NCBI GenBank assembly: GCA_050251035.1 | Contig: JBFWNN010000030.1 | Coordinates: 1,451 to 65,450 of the forward strand | Length of the DNA stretch: 64,000 bases | From: Parvibaculaceae bacterium | Lineage (GTDB): Bacteria; Pseudomonadota; Alphaproteobacteria; Rhizobiales; Aestuariivirgaceae | Direction of reading: 5' to 3' | Shown: positions 1 through 9,927 of the stretch, one piece after another | How positions within the stretch are numbered: the first letter of the stretch is position 1 | Layout of the letters: each line of letters opens with the position of its first letter | Notes under the pieces: model-generated | Databases searched by the model: none | Seen by the model: the letters and a program-made list of their open reading frames with translations, nothing else | What the model was told of the DNA's origin: nothing | Translations under genes and position numbers: made by a program

Positions 1-294
1 GGCAAATGGATGCGTCGCATCGACGAGACAGGCGAAGCGCTCCTTCGCCAGATAGCGCGCCAGTCCCTCGGCGCCGCCGAAGCCGCCGCTGCGCGTCGCA
101 CCGCTGACCGCGCGTGGCTCCCGCGTGATGCCCGCGAGCGACGTCACGGGACTGTAGCCGGCTGCATCGAGCAGCTCCGCGAGCTGTCGCGCTTGCGCCG
201 TTCCGCCCAGGATCAGCACCCTGCCCCCGGCGCCTGTGGGCGAGGTCGGACGGAGCCGTGAAACGGTCGGGGTCGTATCGCCGCGAGAGGCCAT
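1..294 (-). CDS. cobK: Precorrin-6A/cobalt-precorrin-6A reductase, 5' part (runs off the window)
   Basis: Manual translation from ATG at 294: RVLILGGTAQARQLA...TSLAG...RSGGFGGAEGLARYL...LVDATHPFA, the CobK/CbiJ signatures; not in the ORF track. Confidence 0.9.
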   Translation of the reverse strand, partial: MASRGDTTPTVSRLRPTSPTGAGGRVLILGGTAQARQLAELLDAAGYSPVTSLAGITREPRAVSGATRSGGFGGAEGLARYLAKERFACLVDATHPFA

Positions 295-336
295 AAGCTG
301 ATTGTATTATCCGGGAATTCAGGCAAACAACAGCCA

Positions 337-1179
337 ATGGACAGGCAATCGGACAGGCTCGCGAAACCAGGCTTCGCCAGGCTCGACGGCGAGCCCTTCC
401 CGCCTTTCGAGGCGGGATGGGTATGGCTCGTGGGTGCCGGTCCCGGAGCACCCGGCCTGATGTCACTTCTGTGTTATCACGCCCTGCAGACGAGCGACGT
501 CGTGGTCTATGACGCGCTGGTCAACCCATCGATCCTCGAATGGGTGCGACCCGGCACCGAGCTCGAATATGCCGGCAAGCGCGGCGGCAAGCCGTCGGCG
601 CAGCAGCGCGATATCTCGCTGCGCCTGATCGAGCTGGCGCGTCAGGGCAAACGCGTGCTGCGCCTCAAGGGCGGCGATCCCTTCATGTTCGGCCGCGGCG
701 GCGAGGAATGTCAGCATCTGGTCAAGGCCCGGATCCCGTTCCGCATCGTGCCCGGCATCACCGCCGGGATCGGCGGCCTGGCCTATGCGGGCCTGCCCTC
801 GACCCATCGCGACACCAACCACTCGGTGATCTTCCTCACCGGCCACGACGCGTCGGGCAACATGCCGGCCAATGTGAACTGGCAGGCCATCGCCACTGCT
901 TCGCCGGTGATCGTCATGTATATGGCGGTCAAGAACCTGGCGGAGATCGCCGACGCGCTCATTGCCGGCGGCCGCGACGGCGCCGATCCGGTGACGATCG
1001 TCTCCAATGCGACGCTGCCGCAGCAGGCGGTGGCCGAGACGAGCCTGGGCGAAGTGAGGGCATTCCTGGCCGGCAGCGCACTCCCGACACCGTCGATCGT
1101 CGTGCTGGGCCACGTCGCCGAATGGCGGTCCATCCTCGACTGGTATCGCGGCGGGCTCAGGGAGAATCCGATTGGCTGA
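337..1179 (+). CDS. cobA: Uroporphyrinogen-III C-methyltransferase
   Basis: VWLVGAGPG, YAGKRGG, RLKGGDPFMFGRGGEE, VPGITAG motifs. Confidence 0.95.
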   Translation: MDRQSDRLAKPGFARLDGEPFPPFEAGWVWLVGAGPGAPGLMSLLCYHALQTSDVVVYDALVNPSILEWVRPGTELEYAGKRGGKPSAQQRDISLRLIELARQGKRVLRLKGGDPFMFGRGGEECQHLVKARIPFRIVPGITAGIGGLAYAGLPSTHRDTNHSVIFLTGHDASGNMPANVNWQAIATASPVIVMYMAVKNLAEIADALIAGGRDGADPVTIVSNATLPQQAVAETSLGEVRAFLAGSALPTPSIVVLGHVAEWRSILDWYRGGLRENPIG

Positions 1180-2455
1180 CGGCCTGGTGATCGCAGCACC
1201 CGCTTCCGGCAGCGGCAAGACCATCGTCACGCTGGCGCTGCTCGGCGCGCTCAGGCGGCGCGGCATGGCCGTCGCCTCGGCCAAGATCGGCCCCGATTAC
1301 ATCGATCCGCGCTTCCACGAGGCGGCGACCGGGCGCTCCTGCGTCAGTCTCGATGGCTGGGCCATGGCCGAGCCGCTGCTCAAGGGGCTCCTCGCCGAGA
1401 CCACGGGCGATGCCACCCTGACCATCATCGAAGGCGTCATGGGCCTGTTCGACGGATCGGAAAACGGGTCGGGCTCGACCGCCGATGTCGCCCAAATGCT
1501 GGGCTTACCCGTCGTCCTGGTTGTCGATTGCAGCCATCAAGCGCAATCGGTCGCAGCCCTGGTTCATGGCTTCAGGACGCATCGCCCCTATCTCGACGTA
1601 CCGGCGGTCATCCTCAATCGTGTCGCCGGCGCCCGTCACGCCGGCATGCTGCGCAAGGCGCTGAGCCCTTCCGACGTCATCGTGCTGGGCGCCATTCCGC
1701 GCGATGGCGGACTGACCTTGCCCAGCCGCCATCTGGGCCTGGTGCAGGCGAGCGAGCATGGCGACCTCACGCATTTCCTCGATCAGGCCGCCGCCCATGT
1801 TGCAGCCCATATCGACATGGATGCGCTGCTGGCCTTGGCCAAGCCCATCGCGCCAGCGCCGCCGCCATACCGCTTGCCGCCCCTCGGCCAGCATATGGCC
1901 ATCGCGCGCGACGAGGCTTTCGCCTTCCTCTATCCGCATCTTCTCGACGGCTGGCGCCGGCAAGGCGCCGAGATATCGTTCTTCTCACCCCTCGCCGACG
2001 AGCCGCCCGGCTCCCGGGCCGATGCGATCTATCTGCCGGGCGGCTATCCCGAGCTCCATGCCGAACGCCTGAGCATGGCGCATGTTTTCCTCGCCGGACT
2101 GCGCCAGGCGGCCGAGCGCGGCCGGCTGGTCTACGGCGAATGCGGCGGCTACATGGTGCTGGGCCAGGCGCTGATCACGGCCGATGGCCGCGCGCATGGC
2201 ATGGCGGATCTGCTGCCCGTCACCACGAGCTTCGCCAGGCGGAAGCTGCATCTGGGCTATCGCCGACTGGAGCATGACGGTGTCTTGCCGTTGCCGAAGG
2301 TGCTGAAAGGCCACGAATTTCACTACTCCATGATCGAACGCCAGGATGAGGAAAAGCCCCTCTTCCAGGCATCGGACGCTGGCGCGCGCGATCTTGGTCC
2401 CATGGGCTTGCGGCGTAACAGGGTGATGGGTTCCTATGCCCATGTCATCGCATGA
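1172..2455 (+). CDS. cobB: Hydrogenobyrinate/cobyrinate a,c-diamide synthase
   Basis: SGSGKT P-loop, [19 protein letters not shown], glutaminase ECGGYM and GHEFHYS; TTG start overlaps the cobA stop. Confidence 0.95.
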   Translation: MADGLVIAAPASGSGKTIVTLALLGALRRRGMAVASAKIGPDYIDPRFHEAATGRSCVSLDGWAMAEPLLKGLLAETTGDATLTIIEGVMGLFDGSENGSGSTADVAQMLGLPVVLVVDCSHQAQSVAALVHGFRTHRPYLDVPAVILNRVAGARHAGMLRKALSPSDVIVLGAIPRDGGLTLPSRHLGLVQASEHGDLTHFLDQAAAHVAAHIDMDALLALAKPIAPAPPPYRLPPLGQHMAIARDEAFAFLYPHLLDGWRRQGAEISFFSPLADEPPGSRADAIYLPGGYPELHAERLSMAHVFLAGLRQAAERGRLVYGECGGYMVLGQALITADGRAHGMADLLPVTTSFARRKLHLGYRRLEHDGVLPLPKVLKGHEFHYSMIERQDEEKPLFQASDAGARDLGPMGLRRNRVMGSYAHVIA

Positions 2456-3933
2456 CGCGGCAAGGCGCCTGCACCGCCATCATGCTGATGGGCACCGGCT
2501 CCGATGTCGGCAAGTCGCTCATCGCCGCGGGCCTCTGCCGCCTCTTCGCCGATCGCGGCCTGAGGGTGAGGCCGTTCAAGCCGCAGAACATGTCGAACAA
2601 CGCAGCGGTCACCGTCGACGGCGGCGAGATCGGCCGTGCCCAGGCCTTGCAGGCACGCGCCGCGCGGGTCGAACCCACCGTCCACATGAATCCGATCCTG
2701 CTCAAGCCCGAGACGACGACCGGCGCTCAGGTGATCGTGCAAGGACGGCGCGCCGCCACCCTGAGCGCCCGGGATTTCTTCAAGGATCGCGGCAAATACA
2801 TGCCCGCTATCCTCGAAAGCTTCGCCGCGATGGCGAAAGACGCCGACCTCATCATCATCGAAGGAGCCGGAAGCCCGGCCGAGGTCAATCTGCGCCGGGG
2901 CGATCTCGCCAATATGGGCTTCGCGCAAGCGGCCAACGTCCCCGTCATCCTCATCGGCGACATCCATCGGGGCGGCGTCATCGCTTCGCTGGTCGGGACC
3001 AAGGAGATCCTGGCGCCCGACGACGCGCAACGGATCAAAGGATTCATCATCAACAACTTCCACGGAGATCCTGAGCTGTTTTCTGAAGGCGTCGCCTTTA
3101 CCGAGGCGCGCACCGGCTGGCCGTGCCTGGGCGTCGTCCCGCATTTCGCCGCGGCCCGCCAGCTCCCGGCGGAGGATGCCGTAGCGCTGGACAAGGCCGG
3201 GCGCAGCGGCACCGGCCCTTTCCGCATTGTCGTACCGCGCCTGCCGCGCATCGCGAATTTCGACGATCTCGATCCCCTGAAGCTGGAGCCCGGAGTCATG
3301 CTCGAGATCGTCCAGCCGGGCTCGCTTTTGCCGCAGGACGCCGATCTCGTCATCATCCCGGGCTCGAAATCGACCATCGCCGATCTCGAGGCCTTCCGCG
3401 CCGAAGGCTGGCATGTCGATCTCGCGACGCATCATCGACGTGGCGGCGCCGTGCTGGGCCTCTGCGGTGGCTATCAGATGTTGGGCAGGATGATCCATGA
3501 TCCGCTGGGGCTGGAAGGCCGGCCAGGTTCATGTCCGGGCCTCGCCCTCCTCGATGTCGAGACGACGCTCATTCCCGAAAAGACGTTGACGCGCGTCACG
3601 GCGCGTCATGTGACGAGCGGCGAGACGGTCTCGGGCTACGAGATCCATCTCGGCGCGACCAAGGGCCTGGATTGCGCCCGCCCCTTCACCATGATCGGCG
3701 ATGCGCCCGATGGCGCCCAATCCAGGGACGGCCGCGTCATGGGCACTTACATTCACGGGCTCTTCTCCAACGACGCCTTTCGCCGTCACTTCCTGAAGGG
3801 GCTGGGCGCCGAAGGCAGCAGGCTGGCCTTCGAGACCGTCATCGACGAAACGCTCGACGGGCTCGCCCGGCATCTCGCCCGCCATGTCGACATCGACCGG
3901 CTGCTCAGCCTCGCCGCTTCCGTGACTCGCTGA
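2452..3933 (+). CDS. cobQ: Cobyric acid synthase
   Basis: [46 protein letters not shown]. Confidence 0.96.
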   Translation: MTRQGACTAIMLMGTGSDVGKSLIAAGLCRLFADRGLRVRPFKPQNMSNNAAVTVDGGEIGRAQALQARAARVEPTVHMNPILLKPETTTGAQVIVQGRRAATLSARDFFKDRGKYMPAILESFAAMAKDADLIIIEGAGSPAEVNLRRGDLANMGFAQAANVPVILIGDIHRGGVIASLVGTKEILAPDDAQRIKGFIINNFHGDPELFSEGVAFTEARTGWPCLGVVPHFAAARQLPAEDAVALDKAGRSGTGPFRIVVPRLPRIANFDDLDPLKLEPGVMLEIVQPGSLLPQDADLVIIPGSKSTIADLEAFRAEGWHVDLATHHRRGGAVLGLCGGYQMLGRMIHDPLGLEGRPGSCPGLALLDVETTLIPEKTLTRVTARHVTSGETVSGYEIHLGATKGLDCARPFTMIGDAPDGAQSRDGRVMGTYIHGLFSNDAFRRHFLKGLGAEGSRLAFETVIDETLDGLARHLARHVDIDRLLSLAASVTR

Positions 3934-3934
3934 C

Positions 3935-4882
3935 ATGTTCTTCGCAACGACCGCATTTGCCCTGCTGATCGAGCGCTTCGTCGGTTATCCGGATGTCATC
4001 GCCCGCACCATCGCGCATCCGATCCAGTGGATCGGCGCGTTCATCGCCTGGCTGGATGCACGCTTGAATCCACCAGGTGGCCCGGGCAGCCGTCTCGCAG
4101 GCATGGCCGCGCTCCTCGTCCTTCTTCTCATGGCCGGAGGCCTGGCGGTGGCGGTCGCCTTGGTCTTGCGCAAGCTGCCCTATGGCTGGATCGCCGAGGC
4201 GATCATCGCGACGCCTTTCCTCGCCCAGAAGTCGCTGCATGATCATGTGCGCGCGGTGGCCGATGGGCTTGACCGCTCGCTGGCGGACGGCCGCAACGCC
4301 GTCGCGCGCATCGTCGGACGCGATCCGGACATGCTCGATCGCTCAGGCGTGGCGCACGCCGCGCTCGAAAGCCTGGGCGAGAACGCCTCCGACGGCATCG
4401 TGGCGCCGGCGTTCTGGCTGGCGCTCCTCGGCCTGCCCGGCATCGTCCTCTACAAGGCGATCAACACCGCCGATTCCATGATCGGCCACAAATCGCCGCG
4501 CTATCTCGCTTTCGGCTGGGCCTCGGCGCGGCTCGACGATCTCGTTAATTTGCCCAGCGCGCGCCTCACCGCCCTCCTCCTGGCGATCGCCGCCCTCTTC
4601 TCGTCCCGCGCCAGCGCCAAGGCGGCCTTCGCCGCCATGGTGCGCGACGCCCATCGCCACGTCTCGCCCAACGCCGGCTGGCCGGAATCGGCCTTGGCCG
4701 GCGCCTTGGGCATCCGGCTCGGCGGCCCGCGCTCTTATGGCGGGCGGCATGTCGAGCTCGCCACCATGGGCGACGGCAGAAGCGATCTCGAGCCGGGCGA
4801 TATCCGCGCCGGCCTCAGCCTTTATGGCCGCGCCCTTTCCCTCTTGACCGGGCTCGTTTTGCTCCTGGCCCTGGCTTCTTGA
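3935..4882 (+). CDS. cobD: Adenosylcobinamide-phosphate synthase (CobD/CbiB)
   Basis: ESLGENASDG, YKAINTADSMIG, SPNAGWPE; hydrophobic membrane protein. Confidence 0.93.
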   Translation: MFFATTAFALLIERFVGYPDVIARTIAHPIQWIGAFIAWLDARLNPPGGPGSRLAGMAALLVLLLMAGGLAVAVALVLRKLPYGWIAEAIIATPFLAQKSLHDHVRAVADGLDRSLADGRNAVARIVGRDPDMLDRSGVAHAALESLGENASDGIVAPAFWLALLGLPGIVLYKAINTADSMIGHKSPRYLAFGWASARLDDLVNLPSARLTALLLAIAALFSSRASAKAAFAAMVRDAHRHVSPNAGWPESALAGALGIRLGGPRSYGGRHVELATMGDGRSDLEPGDIRAGLSLYGRALSLLTGLVLLLALAS

Positions 4883-5384
4883 GCGTCATCGGCAGCCCCA
4901 CGGCGATGAACACGACCTCGTCGCAAATCGCCGCGACCGCCTGATTGGCGCGGCCTGCTTCGTCGCGGAAACGGCGCGCCAGCGCGTTGTCGGGCACGAT
5001 GCCGAGGCCCACTTCATTCGACACCACGACGACATGGCCTTCGGCGCCGGCCAGGCTCGCGCATAGACGCTCGACTTCCGCAGCGACATCCTTCTCGTGA
5101 TACATCAGATTGTTGATCCACACGGTGAGGCATTCGACGAGCGTGAAGGAGCGCGGCCCGCCGGCCTGCCGCAACGCTCCGGTCAGGTCGAGCGGCGCCT
5201 CGATCGTCCGCCACCGGCCGCCGCGCTCCGCGCGGTGGCGGGCGATGCGCGCGTCCATCTCCGCATCGGTAATCTCGGCCGTCGCGACATAGGTTGGCTG
5301 TCCCACATGGCGGCGGGCGAGCCCCTCGGCGTAGCGGCTCTTCCCGGACCGCGCCCCACCCAGGACGAGCGTCAGCCGTTTCAT
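4815..5384 (-). CDS. cobU: Adenosylcobinamide kinase / cobinamide-phosphate guanylyltransferase (CobU/CobP)
   Basis: LVLGGARSGKS, RIARHR, VSNEVGLGIVP, RFRDEAG. Confidence 0.95.
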   Translation of the reverse strand: MKRLTLVLGGARSGKSRYAEGLARRHVGQPTYVATAEITDAEMDARIARHRAERGGRWRTIEAPLDLTGALRQAGGPRSFTLVECLTVWINNLMYHEKDVAAEVERLCASLAGAEGHVVVVSNEVGLGIVPDNALARRFRDEAGRANQAVAAICDEVVFIAVGLPMTLKKPGPGAKRARSRGKGRGHKG

Positions 5385-5755
5385 GTCCGGACCGGCGGAA
5401 AGCGGGCGATGAAGTGACCGCGCATCGGCTGCGGCCAGGACTTGAACGAGACCTCGCCGGTGGCGCTCGCGCCGTGAAGATCGAACCAGGCCAGGATCGC
5501 CTCGGCCGTCTCGCGCTCAGGCGTGAAGCCGCCGGCGAGATAGCTGTAGCGCTCGCTGTCCTGAAGGAGGACATTGCAGTGCTTGAGGCACGCCCACAGG
5601 CAGGACTGGCGGTCCACCGCGATGTCGTGCCGTTCGCGTTCGGCGAGCAGCGCCTCCATGTGCCGCGCCAGGGTCTCGCCGCCGGTCACGCCATCGGGCC
5701 CCTCGCGCTCCTCGGCGGAATGACGGCACGTGATGCAGAAGACGATGCGACGCAT
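5381..5755 (-). CDS. DUF1636 family putative metal-binding protein
   Basis: FCITC and CLWACxxxC cysteine pattern, C-terminal FIARFPP; ATG at 5755; stop overlaps the cobU start. Confidence 0.8.
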   Translation of the reverse strand: MRRIVFCITCRHSAEEREGPDGVTGGETLARHMEALLAERERHDIAVDRQSCLWACLKHCNVLLQDSERYSYLAGGFTPERETAEAILAWFDLHGASATGEVSFKSWPQPMRGHFIARFPPVRT

Positions 5756-5837
5756 GGGGCTTTCGAATTTCAGGGCTTGCCAATCTCGCCGCTTCAATGA
5801 TTGAGTTAAGGGGTCCTGTCAACGCCACGGAGCCCTT

Positions 5838-6605
5838 ATGGAATTTCGCCGCCTCGCTTTCGTCGCAGCCGAGGTTCCTCAGGCGCGCCGCGCCCTCAAC
5901 GCCCTGGTCAAGGCCTATGGCCAGTCGGCGCCCGAGGAGGCAGACGTCATCGTCGCCTTGGGCGGCGACGGCCTCATGCTGCAGACGCTGCACCGCTTCA
6001 TGTCGTCGGGCAAGGCGATCTACGGCATGAACCGCGGCTCGGTCGGCTTTCTCATGAACGACTACAGCGAAAAGCGCCTGCGTGAGCGCATCGGCCTGGC
6101 CGAGCTGACGACGGTGCGGCCACTCCGGATGACGGCGACCGACCAGGCGGGGCATGAGCACAAGGCCATGGCTTTCAACGAAGTGTCGTTGCTGCGCCAG
6201 ACCCACCAGTCGGCGGCGCTCAGGATCTCGATCGACGACCATGTCAGGCTCGAGGAGCTGAAGTGCGACGGCATTATCCTGGCGACGCCGGCCGGCAGCA
6301 CCGCCTATAATCTCTCGGCGCATGGACCGATCCTGCCGATCAACTCGCCGCTCCTCGCCTTGACCCCGATCAGCCCGTTTCGGCCACGGCGCTGGCGCGG
6401 CGCCATCGTCCCGCATCAGGCGCGCATCACCATCGAGAGCCTGGAGGCCGAGAAGCGCCCGGTGGCCGCGGTCGCCGACCAGTTCGAGGTGCGCAATATC
6501 CGCAAGGTGGAGATCGCCGAAGACCGCAAGCGCTCGGCCCGCCTGCTGTTCGACCCCGGTCACAGCCTGGCCGAGCGTGTGCTCGCCGAGCAATTCCGGT
6601 TCTGA
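5838..6605 (+). CDS. nadK: NAD kinase
   Basis: ALGGDG, NE motif, [21 protein letters not shown]. Confidence 0.95.
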   Translation: MEFRRLAFVAAEVPQARRALNALVKAYGQSAPEEADVIVALGGDGLMLQTLHRFMSSGKAIYGMNRGSVGFLMNDYSEKRLRERIGLAELTTVRPLRMTATDQAGHEHKAMAFNEVSLLRQTHQSAALRISIDDHVRLEELKCDGIILATPAGSTAYNLSAHGPILPINSPLLALTPISPFRPRRWRGAIVPHQARITIESLEAEKRPVAAVADQFEVRNIRKVEIAEDRKRSARLLFDPGHSLAERVLAEQFRF

Positions 6606-6624
6606 GCATCGAACCGGCGCGCTT

Positions 6625-6657
6625 TTAGGGAACCTTTAAGGATGACGGCCTTACACT
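6625..6657 (+). promoter_or_regulatory. CtrA-like box TTAG-N7-TTAA followed by -10-like TACACT
   Basis: ttag ggaacct ttaa at 6625-6639; tacact at 6652-6657. Confidence 0.45.
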
Positions 6658-6690
6658 CACTTTGTCGTGAGTTGCGTCACTGAGTTCGAG

Positions 6691-6724
6691 AGATGCCGGA
6701 GTTCCCTGAGCTCCGGCATCTTTC
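6691..6724 (+). terminator. Intrinsic terminator-like hairpin
   Basis: agatgccggag (6691-6701) pairs with ctccggcatct (6711-6721), followed by a short T run. Confidence 0.7.
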
Positions 6725-6809
6725 GTTGCCGGCATCGGCCTGAGGGTCTGAAAAAAGCGCGGGCCGGTCACCGACACCGACCGCACTCCACTTTTCCGGG
6801 TAATTAAAT

Positions 6810-7967
6810 CTAAGCGGCGCTGGTCAGGCCGTCGCGCAGGCGATTGGCGATCACGCGCACGCGCTCGCTCGAATAGCGGGCGATGAAATCGAGATATTTG
6901 GCGCGCTCGGCCGCCGGCATGGCGCCATCGCCGGTCATGATCTCCTCGATCAGGCGGCGGGCGAAATTTTCCGCGCTGAGCGTGCGCTTCGTGTCGCGCA
7001 GCTCGCGCTCGACCAGCCCCGCAGCGCGGATCAGTCCGATGCAGGTCGGAGGCAGACCTGAGCTGCGATAGAGCGCGTTGAAGCCGAAAGCGCCGCCATA
7101 GAGCGTCTCCTCGACCCGCGCCACCGGAGCGTTGGCGAGATGCGCCATCGCGTTCTCGACCAGGCGCATCTGGCCGATGCAGGCCGCCCGCATGACGATC
7201 GAGGCGGTGAGCATGCTGCGCGAGGTCATGAAGCGGATGAGCGGCGGCAGCTCCTTGTCGCTGGCGCTGTCGAGGATCTGCAGCACGGCGCGCTCCTCGG
7301 CGTCGGCGACCATGTCGGCCGCGTCATTGGCCGGCACCCAGCCGCGTTCCGCCATGAGCTGGTGCACCTGGTTGGAGGCGCGCTTGGCCTGCAGGATGCG
7401 GATGTCGAGCGGCAGATCGTCGAGAGCGAGGAGCCGGTCGATGATCTCCTGCACCCGGCCGAAGCGGGCATAGAGAATGCGGCAATTGCGCTCGCCGATG
7501 GCGCAGTCCGCATTGTCGAACAGCGCCAGGCACGCCGACAGATCGGCCTGGGTGGCGATCTCCTTGATGACATCGTCGGTGAGGTCCGGCCGTTGCGCCA
7601 GGGTCACCTGGCGGGGGGTGTCGCCGACGCGCGCGATGCTGCGCATCTTCCACGGATCGAGCGCCGGAGTCGCCGCGAGGAACGGCAAGGCGATGTCGTC
7701 CTCATCGGCGATGATGCTGAACAGGATGTCGCCATCGAGGTCCTGAACGCCGATAAGTCCGTCCATCAAAGCGCGGCGGACTTCCTTCACCGGATCGGTC
7801 GCAAGCTTGAGCACCGTCGGCACGACGCAGCTGCGCTCGCTTTCCGGCGCCTCGGGATCGCCGATCAGGCGCGCGAGCTCGACCGCGAGCTGGATGCGCG
7901 CTTGCGCGTCCCCGGTTTCGACGATCGTGTCGAATATGCTGACATCGAGCCCTGGCTGGCCGGACAT
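6810..7967 (-). CDS. DUF2336 family protein
   Basis: All-helical Rhizobiales-type protein: LATDPVKEVRRAL, IALPFLAATPAL, QVTLAQRPDL. Confidence 0.8.
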   Translation of the reverse strand: MSGQPGLDVSIFDTIVETGDAQARIQLAVELARLIGDPEAPESERSCVVPTVLKLATDPVKEVRRALMDGLIGVQDLDGDILFSIIADEDDIALPFLAATPALDPWKMRSIARVGDTPRQVTLAQRPDLTDDVIKEIATQADLSACLALFDNADCAIGERNCRILYARFGRVQEIIDRLLALDDLPLDIRILQAKRASNQVHQLMAERGWVPANDAADMVADAEERAVLQILDSASDKELPPLIRFMTSRSMLTASIVMRAACIGQMRLVENAMAHLANAPVARVEETLYGGAFGFNALYRSSGLPPTCIGLIRAAGLVERELRDTKRTLSAENFARRLIEEIMTGDGAMPAAERAKYLDFIARYSSERVRVIANRLRDGLTSAA

Positions 7968-8017
7968 GAAGGCTACCCACTCACAAAATCCTCGCCGCTA
8001 AAATTGTCCGAGAACCA

Positions 8018-8032
8018 TTAAGAAACGGTTCA
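8018..8032. promoter_or_regulatory. CtrA-like box upstream of the DUF2336 gene
   Basis: ttaa gaaacgg ttca (one mismatch), about 50 bp upstream of the start. Confidence 0.55.
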
Positions 8033-8059
8033 CCATGCGGCACGAGGCTTTTGAATGGG

Positions 8060-9310
8060 TTAGTTCGCGGGCTGCGGTTTGGCCGAGCCTTCTTCGGCCT
8101 GCGCCTGGGCGGCGACGGGCGTCGTCATCGGCCCCACCTTCATGATGTCGCCGGCCGAGGCCTTGACGGTCGTCGGACGCTGCTGGCGACGCCAGAAGGC
8201 ATGCACTGCCATGATCGCATAGATCACCGCCATGAAGGTCATGAAGCCGGACGATCCCAGATATTGCATGAAGAAGCCGGCGATCGAGGGCCCCGCCATG
8301 GCGCCGGTGCCATAGAGCAGGACGAGCTTGCTCGACGCCCCCAGCATCTGCTCCTTCGCCATGTGGTCGTTGGCATGGGCGATGACCAGCGAATAGATCG
8401 GCAGCGCGATGGCGCCGAACACGGTGAACAGGCCGATGAGCATGGTGGAGGAGATGCCCGAGGCCGGTATGCTGACGACGGCGATCGCCGCCGCGATGGC
8501 GCTGAGGATCATGATGATGCTGCGCCGGTCATAGCGGTCGGAGAGAACGCCAGCCGGGTATTGCGACACGATGAGCGCCAGGGGCGGCAACGCCATCATC
8601 ACCGAGACCAGCGACAGCGGCAGCCCCTGCATGAGCGCATAGACGGCACCCATGCTGAAGAAGGCGCTCTGGGCCAGACCGCTCGCCAATGTCGCGACGA
8701 TGGCGAGCGGCGAGGAGCGGTAGATCTCGGCGAGCGTCACCGAGCGCGTGCCGGCGAGGCTCGGCGTCTCGCTTGGCATCAGGGTGAGCGGCAGCATCGC
8801 CATCGACAGCAGGGCCGAGACGATGATGAAGCGCGAGAAGCCCGATCCGTCGGCGACGTTGAGGAGGAATTGCCCGAGGCCCATCGCCGCATAGGTGATG
8901 ATCATGTAGACCGACAGCAGCTGGCCGCGGTTCTTGTTCGTCGAGGCCGAGTTGAGCCAGCTCTCGCAGACGATGAACAGGCCCGAGGTGCACAGTCCCG
9001 CGACGAAGCGCATGAGGAACCACCAGACAGGCTCGACCCACAGGGGAATGAGCAGCACCGCCGTTGAGACGACGGACGCGAAAGCCGCGAAGACGCGGAT
9101 ATGGCCGACGCTCTGGACGATGCGCGGCGTGACGATGGAGCTGAGCAGCAGGCCGGCGAAATAGCCGGACATGATCAGCCCGGTGGTCGCGGCGTCGAAA
9201 TTCTCGGCACTCGCCCGGACGCCGACCAGCGACCCATGCAGCCCGTGGCCGAGCGACAGGATGGCCACGCCGAGCAGGAGCACCCAGACCGACCGCAAAC
9301 CGGCAAACAT
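8060..9310 (-). CDS. MFS transporter (YcaD-like)
   Basis: About 12 hydrophobic segments; GHIRVFAAF, ESWLN, LSDRYDRR. Confidence 0.9.
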   Translation of the reverse strand: MFAGLRSVWVLLLGVAILSLGHGLHGSLVGVRASAENFDAATTGLIMSGYFAGLLLSSIVTPRIVQSVGHIRVFAAFASVVSTAVLLIPLWVEPVWWFLMRFVAGLCTSGLFIVCESWLNSASTNKNRGQLLSVYMIITYAAMGLGQFLLNVADGSGFSRFIIVSALLSMAMLPLTLMPSETPSLAGTRSVTLAEIYRSSPLAIVATLASGLAQSAFFSMGAVYALMQGLPLSLVSVMMALPPLALIVSQYPAGVLSDRYDRRSIIMILSAIAAAIAVVSIPASGISSTMLIGLFTVFGAIALPIYSLVIAHANDHMAKEQMLGASSKLVLLYGTGAMAGPSIAGFFMQYLGSSGFMTFMAVIYAIMAVHAFWRRQQRPTTVKASAGDIMKVGPMTTPVAAQAQAEEGSAKPQPAN

Positions 9311-9393
9311 CGAAACCCCTCTATTGTCGGACTTCGCCTACTGCACGGAGATTGTGAAAGGATTGTGCTCGCTTCACGCTTTTGTCACGGAAA

Positions 9394-9759
9394 TCAGAGC
9401 AAGCCGACCTGCTTCAGCTTGAATTCCAGCAGGTCGCGGTCGAAGGGCTTGAGCAGGAACTCCGCCGCTCCTTCGATGATGGCGCTGCCGATCTCGTCGG
9501 TATTGGCCTTTTCCGTATAGACCAGGACGACGGGCTTGCGACCGTTGGCGGCGCGGCGCACCCGCTTGACGAACTCGCCGGCGCTCATGCTGCCGATCCG
9601 GTCGGCCGTGACCACGACATCGGGGGAATTGGCGCGGCAATGCTTGAGGGCGGCATCGGCCGAGGCGGTCTCGGCCATGTCGAATCCATACTGACCTAGG
9701 AGTTCGCTCAGAGCCCGACGCTCCGCATGATCCTCATCGACAAGCAGACATCTTGTCAT
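9394..9759 (-). CDS. Single-domain CheY-like response regulator with atypical phosphoacceptor
   Basis: CLLVDED...PDVVVTAD...VYT...FLLKPFD receiver fold; probable start ATG 9759. Confidence 0.8.
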   Translation of the reverse strand: MTRCLLVDEDHAERRALSELLGQYGFDMAETASADAALKHCRANSPDVVVTADRIGSMSAGEFVKRVRRAANGRKPVVLVYTEKANTDEIGSAIIEGAAEFLLKPFDRDLLEFKLKQVGLL

Positions 9760-9831
9760 GTCGATTATTCCTTCCAGACGCATCCGCAACCATGCCGTTA
9801 TTGCCTTTAGGGAGTCCTGCGACCGCGGTGG

Positions 9832-9847
9832 TTAATGCGTCGTTAAC
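9832..9847. promoter_or_regulatory. Perfect CtrA box TTAA-N7-TTAAC
   Basis: ttaa tgcgtcg ttaac, upstream of the CheY-like gene. Confidence 0.75.
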
Positions 9848-9918
9848 AGTGTTTCCACAGTGCAAGGGTTCCGGAAAAATGAAACCATTTCATAGCCTTG
9901 ACCTGTCATGTGGCCGAC

Positions 9919-9927
9919 TTATCCACA
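9919..9927 (+). promoter_or_regulatory. Consensus DnaA box TTATCCACA
   Basis: Exact 9-mer in the intergenic region; near match GTTTCCACA at 9851-9859. Confidence 0.55.

Noticed and set aside
10-261. 83-aa + strand ORF from the track
   Set aside because: Antisense shadow of cobK, which has clear family motifs on the minus strand.
9371-9388. GCTTCAC-N4-TTGTCAC Pho-box-like repeat upstream of the MFS gene
   Set aside because: Orientation is opposite to the gene and the match is weak; no supporting function.
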